A DNA stretch of 64,000 nucleotides, from NCBI GenBank assembly GCA_001771135.1, contig MESW01000003.1, forward strand, positions 8,719 through 72,718, read 5' to 3'. The stretch's first letter is position 1, and each line of letters starts with the position of its first letter. Source of the stretch: a candidate division CPR3 bacterium GWF2_35_18 (GTDB taxonomy: Bacteria > Patescibacteriota > CPR3 > GWF2-35-18). Below are positions 30,003 through 37,983 of this stretch, in pieces. Under the pieces are notes generated by a model, which saw only the letters and a program-made list of their open reading frames with translations, had not been told where the DNA came from and made no database searches. A program made the position numbers and the translations under genes.

Positions 30003-30061
30003 GAGGCAGAAAGCTAAAAACACGATAATAAAAATATTTGTGTTTTGGAAGCTTTCTGCCT
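30003..30061 (-). terminator. Compound long hairpin (13-bp outer stem GAGGCAGAAAGCT/AGCTTTCTGCCTC, inner AAAACAC/GTGTTTT) followed by T-run on minus strand
   Basis: Inverted repeats read directly; T5 follows on minus strand about 85 nt after stop of 30149..30433; T-rich tract also follows on plus strand (bidirectional). Confidence 0.6.
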
Positions 30062-30148
30062 CAGATTGTCTCTCTCTTTTCTTTTTCCAGCATAAGCTGG
30101 AGATGATTGCTTCAGAAGGAGTGCGATGCACCCCTCCTGAAATAGATT

Positions 30149-30433
30149 TTAGTGGAATCTGCATCCATAATCGCCGTTGTGCATTTGACGACGCAGGTTG
30201 ATATGTCCACCTTTTTGGACCAAACCCAGGTATAGGACTGGGATACGAAAATCTCCGTCTGAGGGGATTACTTCTTCGTAATCACGTTTATCCTCTTGGA
30301 GTATTACCGCTCCCTGTAATCCTTTGACCCGGATTCGGTAGAACGTCCACGCTATCCAGTAGAACTCTCGAGTTACCTCGGCGAGCCAGTGGATTTTGTG
30401 AACTAATTCCTCGATACGTGTGGGGTGCATCAT
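30149..30433 (-). CDS. Island hypothetical protein
   Basis: 94 aa; AAAGGAGAAC RBS. Confidence 0.45.
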   Translation of the reverse strand: MMHPTRIEELVHKIHWLAEVTREFYWIAWTFYRIRVKGLQGAVILQEDKRDYEEVIPSDGDFRIPVLYLGLVQKGGHINLRRQMHNGDYGCRFH

Positions 30434-30507
30434 ACCCGTTCTCCTTTCGAAAAGATTTTGTGCTGCAATGTGAGCTCTTTGTTATACGGGTGATGATGTA
30501 GAAGTGA

Positions 30508-30849
30508 TTAACTACAGCGCTGCTCTTTTAAAAGCAGGTAGCGCATGATCGCGCCATGGTAGCAAACAAGAGGGCAGTGTGTGCAGCCGATCTCATCCCA
30601 TGGCCAATTGCCATCGTCCAAATTAATCTGGTAATCAGATATTCCTACGATTTCAACCAAATGGACACCCCAAACATCCAAGAGAACTGCGAAATCAGGA
30701 TGCAGAGATGAACCAAATTGGTTGATGATGTAACTCATGCTGGCTGCGATTTGCATAGGAAGAGCCTCTTTAAACAGTTCCGGGTCCACGAAAAATTGCA
30801 CTCCATTGATGCGGAGCATGACCGTGGGTGGTTGTGGATTTGCGCTCAT
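30508..30849 (-). CDS. Island hypothetical protein (start at MSANPQ, ATGA overlap with upstream gene)
   Basis: ~113 aa; translational coupling overlap with 30846..32105. Confidence 0.45.
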   Translation of the reverse strand: MSANPQPPTVMLRINGVQFFVDPELFKEALPMQIAASMSYIINQFGSSLHPDFAVLLDVWGVHLVEIVGISDYQINLDDGNWPWDEIGCTHCPLVCYHGAIMRYLLLKEQRCS

Positions 30850-32105
30850 GGCTGTACCTGTCTTACTCGAAGACCAGTGTCCCGATCCCACAGATTGGGC
30901 GGATTGTGAACAATCTGCCAGAGATCAACCATATTAGCTCCTGCGAGAACTTGAGCTTTTAGTGCATCTGCTGATATTTTTTCCAGTGAAGCAGCACGAG
31001 CGATGAATTCATCAAACAGGGTGGATACGTCTTCTTCTCTACTTGCTTCAGCACCCCAGCCTTGTTCTTCAGTGATTCGGGTGACATCATAGATGATTCG
31101 GTTAAGTGAATAAGCCATGCCGGCCTTTTCATCTTTGACATCCTGGGTGAGTTTTGCCAGTTGACGAATGATTTGCAGCAGCAAATTAGCCTGGTAGACA
31201 AAGTCCTTTCGGTCAAAACCACCGTATTCCTTGACCGGGAAAAACATCTGCCCAATGCCCAATCCGCTCCAGTTTAGGAGGAACCCATCCCAATACCTTT
31301 CCAATCCTGTACCAGGAGTCTTCCCACCAGGTTCGCCAGGAGATGAAATCTTAGTCTGACCGAAATCAGTCGGGCTAGCGATAGAGATGAACAGCATCCC
31401 TTCGGGCGCGGTGACTTTGACAAAGATGATCTGTTTGCGATACCAGATCATGACGTCATGGGTGCGATTCCACTCGCCGATGAAAAAGGCCTTGACGACC
31501 GGAAATAGGCACCACAACAGTGAGATAGCCATTCCAGCCAGGATACCCAGAAGCAATGGTTGCCAGACGACATTGATGTAACCAGATAGCAACCATTCTG
31601 TTAAGGTTCCATTCATCAGAGCATTGTAGGCAGGGAGCAAGGTTAGTCCCACTGCGACTATTAAGCCTCCGGTGAAGCCCAGAAAAAGAACCCAATACGC
31701 CTGACGGAGACCTTTACCGATGGCTTTGAACATGTCTTCGATGACGATAGTAATGTCTTCGAATATGACGATCTGGCATCTATCATCTTTCTCGAACCAC
31801 CACTGGATAGGGTTTTCGTACATGGTGTCCATCCAGCGGAATACCGGACTGAAGATCGCGACCGTGAAGACATAGAAACGGCGGATGGCCATGAATGATG
31901 TTCGGACGACCTCCTTCAAAAAATTGACCAACCGAGTTGGACCAATGAAGAACAGGATCAACATTGGTGATGAGATGATGAGAAGGGCCAAAAGCCCCCA
32001 TAATAACCAACCTTTGGTTGTAAAAACCAGAAGAGTGGCGCCGGCGAGGAGATAGAGAATCCAGGCGGCTAGGATAGATCGGAAATCAAGTTTGAAAATA
32101 CTCAT
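30846..32105 (-). CDS. Island polytopic membrane protein with cytoplasmic C-terminal domain (start at MSIFKLDF)
   Basis: ~419 aa; GAAAGGAGACCCC RBS before MSIFK; N-terminal half with several TM helices. Confidence 0.55.
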   Translation of the reverse strand: MSIFKLDFRSILAAWILYLLAGATLLVFTTKGWLLWGLLALLIISSPMLILFFIGPTRLVNFLKEVVRTSFMAIRRFYVFTVAIFSPVFRWMDTMYENPIQWWFEKDDRCQIVIFEDITIVIEDMFKAIGKGLRQAYWVLFLGFTGGLIVAVGLTLLPAYNALMNGTLTEWLLSGYINVVWQPLLLGILAGMAISLLWCLFPVVKAFFIGEWNRTHDVMIWYRKQIIFVKVTAPEGMLFISIASPTDFGQTKISSPGEPGGKTPGTGLERYWDGFLLNWSGLGIGQMFFPVKEYGGFDRKDFVYQANLLLQIIRQLAKLTQDVKDEKAGMAYSLNRIIYDVTRITEEQGWGAEASREEDVSTLFDEFIARAASLEKISADALKAQVLAGANMVDLWQIVHNPPNLWDRDTGLRVRQVQP

Positions 32106-32418
32106 GGGGTCTCCTTTCAACAAGATACTCCTTTCGAAATTGGTGGAGAGGGCCATTTGGCGCACTCCATGGAAAAACAACCCGCATTTTACGGGGACCA
32201 AACAGAATTAAGCTGCACATCGTGCAGGTTAAAAAAGAAATATTTAGTTTTAATGTACTTATAATTTTCTCTTCTAATTTCTAGAATTAAAGATTATTAA
32301 TCCCAGGAATCAGAAGAGAGGGTGGGTGACGATACAGTAATGTATGTCATGAAGGCAGCCACCCTCGTCTCTCTCCTGATGTTTGTATCACCGCGCGTAA
32401 GCAGGGTGAAGATTGATG

Positions 32419-32787
32419 TTACTTGATTTCTTGGACTTCGGCTTCCACGACTTCTTCTTCATAGCCAAGAGGCTCAGAATCAGATTGTTGGACACCGATG
32501 TCGGCGCGAGCTAAATCCAGAAACCATTGGGATCCAAAATACAAGACGATCACGTCGTCAAAGGGTCCAAAGAAGATATCCACTGGTACGATCACGTAAA
32601 GAATCGTGCCTATGAAGATCAGTTTGTGCCGAAAGAGCACCTTGGGGTGACGAAAGAGCATCCAGACCTCTTTCGCATTGGCGACAATGTCGGCAATAAG
32701 ATCCTTACGATTCTGTTCAGGCAGGCGACGGAGTCGCGCTCGTCCGGACGGAGAAGGTTGTGGATTTGCAGGAGGTGTTTTCTTCAT
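32419..32787 (-). CDS. DUF1232 (YkvA-like) small membrane protein
   Basis: 122 aa; YVIVPVDIFFGPFDDVIVL resembles DUF1232 signature (…SPIDLIPDFIP..G.LDD…). Confidence 0.5.
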   Translation of the reverse strand: MKKTPPANPQPSPSGRARLRRLPEQNRKDLIADIVANAKEVWMLFRHPKVLFRHKLIFIGTILYVIVPVDIFFGPFDDVIVLYFGSQWFLDLARADIGVQQSDSEPLGYEEEVVEAEVQEIK

Positions 32788-33545
32788 GGTTGTACCGTGA
32801 CCAATTCCGTGCGGATGTAGCAGGTCTGCCCTTCGGCGGTCGTAATCTGGTAAAGAGCATTGGAGCCATTCCAGGAGACCGGGGCGGTTGCTTCTCCGAT
32901 TATGATGATCACATCGCCAGTTGAAAGCTTGATGATCGAGGTCTGCCAGGTGCTTTCGTTCAAATCAGTATGGCAGTTGACGCCGTCATCATCCTGGAAG
33001 GTCACAGTGCCTTGGCGGTTCGCCGGAGTTGCAGTTGGAGCAGGTGTTGGAGTGTTTTGCGGAACTGCAGTTGCCTGGTTCATCACAACCTGGGTCGGAT
33101 TGGCAGTTGGTATAGTCGGACGGTCAATGCTCAGAATCAGTTCAATCCGGATGTAGCAGATTTGGCCGGTTTGATTAACCTTGACCCTGTACAGGTTGTT
33201 GGAGCTATTCTGCCAGGAAACAGGGGCTGTTCCGAATCCAATTACTTCGAGTTCTGTCCCATTTGGCAGAGAGATGATCTGGCTGGGTGTTGACCAAGTT
33301 GCTTCATCAGTGTTCAAATGGCATTGAACAGATCCAGAGCCATCGGTGGCGGCGACTTTTAGCCATTTCGCGGTGTTCCAGGGAGTAACCGTAGCCGCAA
33401 CGCGAACCGGGTCGATACTTCCGCCTAAAGTAATGGTCCTGCATAAACCGCAAAAACAAGCAACACAGATTATGGGAATGAGCAGGATCCAAAGCCAGGG
33501 GCGGCGTTTGCGATTTTGAGCGATTGAGGAAGTTGAAGTTGTCAT
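32784..33545 (-). CDS. Membrane-anchored protein with two tandem ~65-aa Cys-containing beta-rich repeats (SH3b-like?)
   Basis: 253 aa; N-terminal TM; repeats GSVQCHLN…APVSWQNS…CYIRIEL and GVNCHTDL…APVSWNGS…CYIRTEL separated by Pro/Thr linker. Confidence 0.55.
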   Translation of the reverse strand: MTTSTSSIAQNRKRRPWLWILLIPIICVACFCGLCRTITLGGSIDPVRVAATVTPWNTAKWLKVAATDGSGSVQCHLNTDEATWSTPSQIISLPNGTELEVIGFGTAPVSWQNSSNNLYRVKVNQTGQICYIRIELILSIDRPTIPTANPTQVVMNQATAVPQNTPTPAPTATPANRQGTVTFQDDDGVNCHTDLNESTWQTSIIKLSTGDVIIIIGEATAPVSWNGSNALYQITTAEGQTCYIRTELVTVQP

Positions 33546-33554
33546 AGCAATCTC

Positions 33555-34052
33555 CTATTGCTGAATATTTTGCACTTGCACAAGCTCCTGCCGGAGGTAG
33601 CAAGTTTGATTTTGGCCATCAAGTCTGACGAGGTATACATCTTTTGATCCATTCCAGATAGTGGGTGCAATATCTTCACCCAAAATCGTTACCGTCGTTC
33701 CAACATTCAACCTGACGATTGTGTTCGGATCAGTCCAGGTTTCATATGCCAGAGTGAGGTGGCATTGTACCGATCCGGAAGGATCATTGTAGGTGATGGT
33801 TCCCACAGTAATTACTACTGGGGTTGTGGTATCAGGAATAGCTGGAGTGACATTTTCTCCTTTTGATACCATTGGTAGAAAAACATAATTATAGTTGCCC
33901 AGACGCGCCGGGATAAAATCACCGTAGTACTCCGAGGTATCTGGGTTTACGTTTTGAGGTGTCGAAGACAGCGCCTGTAAACCAATCCAGGCAACGAACA
34001 CCAACAAAATGCCGATGATAAGATGCGGAATTCCAATTCTTGAAATCTTCAT
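33555..34052 (-). CDS. Membrane-anchored protein with one copy of the same SH3b-like repeat (paralogue of 32784..33545)
   Basis: 165 aa; N-terminal TM; SVQCHLTL…APTIWNGS…CYLRQEL. Confidence 0.55.
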   Translation of the reverse strand: MKISRIGIPHLIIGILLVFVAWIGLQALSSTPQNVNPDTSEYYGDFIPARLGNYNYVFLPMVSKGENVTPAIPDTTTPVVITVGTITYNDPSGSVQCHLTLAYETWTDPNTIVRLNVGTTVTILGEDIAPTIWNGSKDVYLVRLDGQNQTCYLRQELVQVQNIQQ

Positions 34053-34212
34053 GCCTTTAACCTCCGATAGAGCCTCCTGATTGGATGATGCTGGGGGGAA
34101 TTTTTCCGCCCAGTTTGATTTAAAGACCGATTTTGGTCTTTAACGATAACAAGAATAAAAAAAGGGATAATAGCAAATCCGTCAGCATAAGCTGGCGGAT
34201 TAATAGGTTGGA

Positions 34213-36204
34213 TCAGGAAGATCCGTTTGATCCGTACAGCTTGGAAGGCGAAGTTTTACCATCCTTGAGTTGATCATATGCAGATTCAGGAGTGATTCCA
34301 GCTTCAACTAACTTTTCCGCGACTTTACGGGTGAAGCTTTTTCCGCCTTCGGTAACCAGGCGCTCCGAAACTGCGAGCATAGCTACGACAGGATTATCAG
34401 TAGCAACTTGAACTAGCTCTGACGGCTCAATGCTCATCATTCTCAACGCCTTAAGCATCGTTGGAATAACATCATCTTTACCCTGTAGTGCTTGGGCCGC
34501 TTGAAGAAGTTGATCTACCGGCGAGATGGTTCCCACTCTTTGCTGGATTAAAACGAAAGCTCGTTGACGTGAGTCTGGTTGTAAAGAAGCAAAAAGCTGC
34601 TCCAGAACTTGTTCAGGAACTGGGATTCCGGCCGTGCGCCACATAGCGAAGGTTGCCGCAGCTTTGTTAGGAACCGAACGTAGTTTCGCACCGGCTTCGG
34701 TAGCGATGAGACGATAGGCTTCTTCAACTTCACGATGAGCCCATTCTTCATCCTCGACTTTCCAGGCCGTTCTGATGGCTCCTTCTTCAAAAGGAATCGT
34801 GAGCAAAAACTGACGCAGATAAGCGAGGATTGCTTTGTGGGCATCAAATCCCTTTTCGCCGGCAGCAGCACGTTCCATTCTAACCGCAAAGTCAGTATGA
34901 ATTTGCAGTCGATCAGGAGATAGCATATCTTCTAACTCGCGAGTACCGGTTTCGGTCATGTCAATCCACGGACGCGGGGTGGTCGGATTCTTCTCCGTGT
35001 AATGCATGATCAGAGAAGTTGCAGTTGGTTTCCCGATTTCATGGGCCACAGTGCCCGATGAAGTTTTCTCACCTTCGTAAAGGCTTGTTACAATCGGTGT
35101 CAAGGAACCACCTCCTGGCACTGAGCCGAAGAAGAGATAGTTATTGACAACCCAACTCAAAGCACCGGTCGGAATACCTGATCCTGCGAAGCCCTCACCG
35201 GCGATAGATTTGATTTGTCCCAATCCTTTAACAAGGCCAATGGCCGAGTCCAGGAAATAGAACACATCATAGCCTTCCGTAACGAAAGTCTGGGCGACCG
35301 ATCTTGACAGTTCAGCGTTGAGAAGAATTGTAGCTGGTGTTGCTCCAGTGAAGAAGAACGTATTAAGATGTGGATATTTAGCCAAACCAGCCGCCATTTT
35401 CCGGGCATCCCCTACTCTTTCACCAACGCTTAGGCAAATGATCACCGTGTTGTCTTTTTTGAGACCCAGTTCTTGATCGGTACAAGCCAAGACAGCATCG
35501 AGATAGGCACGCGCCGTCCAGGTTTTACCTGATTTCGATGGACCAAGGATTAGGCTGAGAGCACCGATACCGAAAGGCGCTTTGGCGCGGAGAATCTTCA
35601 TGGTCACATTGCCATTGACTGTTGACTCAAGCTCTCTGACCGAGTGCGCCAGCTTGCGTTGGCCGACGAGATGCTTCATGAAACTGGGTCTCATAGTTTT
35701 CTGAACACGTCCATTAACTGCCAGGATGACAATCAGGTTTCCTTGCAAGGTATACTTCACGATGTCACCCATACGAATATCCCATGTTTCAAGGACTTTG
35801 GTATCTAATATAGGAACTCTTCGCATGAATTCTTTCTTGTCTTCAGTCGTGAGTAGAAGCTCGCCTGCAGGAACCAGAAGATACGTGTTTTTTTCTACGA
35901 AACAGAAACGTTCAACAGCCAAGATCCTACCAGAAGCTGGATCAATCCAGACTACTTCGTTGACACTGAGTCCCCAACGAGTAACTTCCGCGTCGGAGAG
36001 AGGAATTCCAGACTTCGCCGTTCGTTCTTTGAGAGCAAGAACTTCAGCTTTTTTTTGATCATCAGGCTTGTCGGAGATATGAATTTCGTCTTCCTGAATA
36101 AGATAATTTCCATTCATCTGCGGAGTGATAGCATAGAATGGATTTTGACGCGCATGGTAATTCGCGTCATGAATTGAAAAAACAAAACGTTTCTCCATTT
36201 TCAC
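34213..36204 (-). CDS. rho: Divergent Rho-family transcription termination factor/RecA-like hexameric ATPase with ~190-aa C-terminal extension
   Basis: 663 aa; OB/CSD-like segment (WDIRMGDIVKYTL…IVILAVNG cf. Rho FNLRTGDTIEGKI…LKVEAVNG); Walker A LILGPSKSGKT; FLDSAIGL; GGGSLTPIVTSL (cf. Rho EGGSLTIIATAL); PWIDMTETGTRELEDML (cf. PAIDYNRSGTRKEELL). Confidence 0.7.
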   Translation of the reverse strand: MKMEKRFVFSIHDANYHARQNPFYAITPQMNGNYLIQEDEIHISDKPDDQKKAEVLALKERTAKSGIPLSDAEVTRWGLSVNEVVWIDPASGRILAVERFCFVEKNTYLLVPAGELLLTTEDKKEFMRRVPILDTKVLETWDIRMGDIVKYTLQGNLIVILAVNGRVQKTMRPSFMKHLVGQRKLAHSVRELESTVNGNVTMKILRAKAPFGIGALSLILGPSKSGKTWTARAYLDAVLACTDQELGLKKDNTVIICLSVGERVGDARKMAAGLAKYPHLNTFFFTGATPATILLNAELSRSVAQTFVTEGYDVFYFLDSAIGLVKGLGQIKSIAGEGFAGSGIPTGALSWVVNNYLFFGSVPGGGSLTPIVTSLYEGEKTSSGTVAHEIGKPTATSLIMHYTEKNPTTPRPWIDMTETGTRELEDMLSPDRLQIHTDFAVRMERAAAGEKGFDAHKAILAYLRQFLLTIPFEEGAIRTAWKVEDEEWAHREVEEAYRLIATEAGAKLRSVPNKAAATFAMWRTAGIPVPEQVLEQLFASLQPDSRQRAFVLIQQRVGTISPVDQLLQAAQALQGKDDVIPTMLKALRMMSIEPSELVQVATDNPVVAMLAVSERLVTEGGKSFTRKVAEKLVEAGITPESAYDQLKDGKTSPSKLYGSNGSS

Positions 36205-36535
36205 CTTTCCTTTCTTGAAAAAATCCGCAACCGCTTCGGAGTAAAGGGATTGCTTCTGAAATACAAATTAACCCGATTAACCGGGATAATTAACAAAGTA
36301 TTGTTCTTTCAAATTTAAATTTGAAAAGAAGATTTTCTAAGCAATAACTTAGAAAGATTCATTTTTTAGGTGCAAAAGAGTTTTTTAAAAGTATTTTTTA
36401 GATAACTCTTTGTTTACGCTCAGAGATTGAAGCTGAAAGCAAACAAAGTATTATCTAAGTTATAAAGTGAGAGAGGATAGTCCTAAATGAGAGGTTTCAA
36501 GGCGGATGCCAAGAAAAATTCATAAAGGACTATCC

Positions 36536-37969
36536 TTATGGTGTAGTCTCGTTGTTCTCCTCTCCCACTGTTTGAAAGGTGATCATGTTCGGATTATCCG
36601 ATACAGTCACCCATTGACCAATTATAGTGTAGTTCGTTGTGTTTTTGATAATCAAATCCATACCGCCACTAGCTCCAGCATGAGATTCACCACCGGTGCA
36701 GTTAATTGCCACCGTAAAAAATGATGAGCCACCGCTATGAGCTGGTGAGTTCAGGATTTGAAGACCTGGAGTATGTTGTGCCCAGGAATCAATGAAAGTG
36801 GCGTTGGCACAAAGTCCACCGGCGTTGATACCTGCCGCGTAAACATAACCTGACCAACCCGTCTCATTGACAGAAGCGCAAAAACTCCATTGTTGGCCAG
36901 CGGCGATTCGAACGGTTGAAACGTTATGAGTGTAAATCATGAAGTTTCCCGACTGACCATCGTGCGGAATGTTTCCAGATCGAATATCCACACTGATGAT
37001 TTCGCCCGAAGCGGTGCCAGTTGATGGCAGAGAGGATCTCTGCGTATCCAAACTTCGATAGAGATCATTGGGCAGAAGCCCAAAGAAGTTCATAACTGAC
37101 GCAAAAGTGCGTAGAGTATCACCGTCGAGATTGGTATCTCCAAAGGTGAGACCGGATACAATGCGTGAGTTATAAACCTCAGACAGATTGACCATCGCAT
37201 CAACATCGGCGATAAGTTGAACTCGATAGCTTTCGCTTTGATTCCAACCTCGCAGTTCTTGAATGCGTTGTTCAACAGAATGGTCTGACCGGTAACCGAT
37301 AGCGTAAACATACCAGGCTGTAGCATGCCAGCGAACGCGATCATTCCAGAAGTTACAGGTCATGAGAACCGGATCACCGGAGGGAATAAGGCCTTTTTCG
37401 CAGACTAGCTTTGCGGTTGAGGCGATAAATCCACCCGGAAGTTCACCAGTCGAAGCATGTCCTGTATAACCTGTATAACCATCGTAGATGTGACCATCGG
37501 TCACATTGTTTTCTTTCCAATGGTTAAGAAGCCAGGTTTGGGCTGCAACTTCCACGGCACAGTTAACATTCGGGTTTGAGCATGCCGCAGTTTTTGCGTC
37601 GTAAGCGGCAGAACGACCCTCATGTTGATCAAGTATAATGTACACACCTGGATCTCCAGCAGATGCTTCAATAGTGTTACTAATCCAGAGACTAGCTTCG
37701 ATGGAACCAGCGACATCCACAGGGTTTAAACCTTGAGCCGTTAATTGCTCTTCTTGAGCCTCCGTGAGGACAGGGTATCCGGACATGTCAATGTCCAGTA
37801 GCTCAGATACCGCTGTATCCCAAGTCCGGGGGATCATGGACTGCACTTGCCAAGCCGCCACTAGGGCAGCAAAGAAAATACAGCCCATGATTATCACCCC
37901 GCAGACCAGGAAAAAGGCAAAACGGCCTAGACGTTTTTCGAAGAACTTTCTCGACCGTTTTTTGCTCAT
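36536..37969 (-). CDS. Secreted/membrane-anchored protein of unknown function, immediately downstream of VirB4-like gene
   Basis: ~478 aa from MSKKRSRKFF (AGGGAGG RBS); N-terminal TM/signal; many Cys, Gly/Ser/Thr-rich. Confidence 0.55.
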   Translation of the reverse strand: MSKKRSRKFFEKRLGRFAFFLVCGVIIMGCIFFAALVAAWQVQSMIPRTWDTAVSELLDIDMSGYPVLTEAQEEQLTAQGLNPVDVAGSIEASLWISNTIEASAGDPGVYIILDQHEGRSAAYDAKTAACSNPNVNCAVEVAAQTWLLNHWKENNVTDGHIYDGYTGYTGHASTGELPGGFIASTAKLVCEKGLIPSGDPVLMTCNFWNDRVRWHATAWYVYAIGYRSDHSVEQRIQELRGWNQSESYRVQLIADVDAMVNLSEVYNSRIVSGLTFGDTNLDGDTLRTFASVMNFFGLLPNDLYRSLDTQRSSLPSTGTASGEIISVDIRSGNIPHDGQSGNFMIYTHNVSTVRIAAGQQWSFCASVNETGWSGYVYAAGINAGGLCANATFIDSWAQHTPGLQILNSPAHSGGSSFFTVAINCTGGESHAGASGGMDLIIKNTTNYTIIGQWVTVSDNPNMITFQTVGEENNETTP

Positions 37970-37983
37970 GTAGGCCTCCCTTG

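Noticed and set aside
30959-33603. Multiple overlapping 60-110-aa ORFs on both strands across the island membrane/SH3b genes
   Set aside because: High-GC alternative frames overlapping longer, RBS-preceded minus-strand genes.
35726-36058. 110-aa plus-strand ORF antisense to the Rho-like gene; similar antisense ORFs in VirB4-like and VirB6-like genes (37764..37973, 39304..39486, 40624..41132, 41641..42252, 42369..42659)
   Set aside because: No RBS, antisense to motif-bearing genes.
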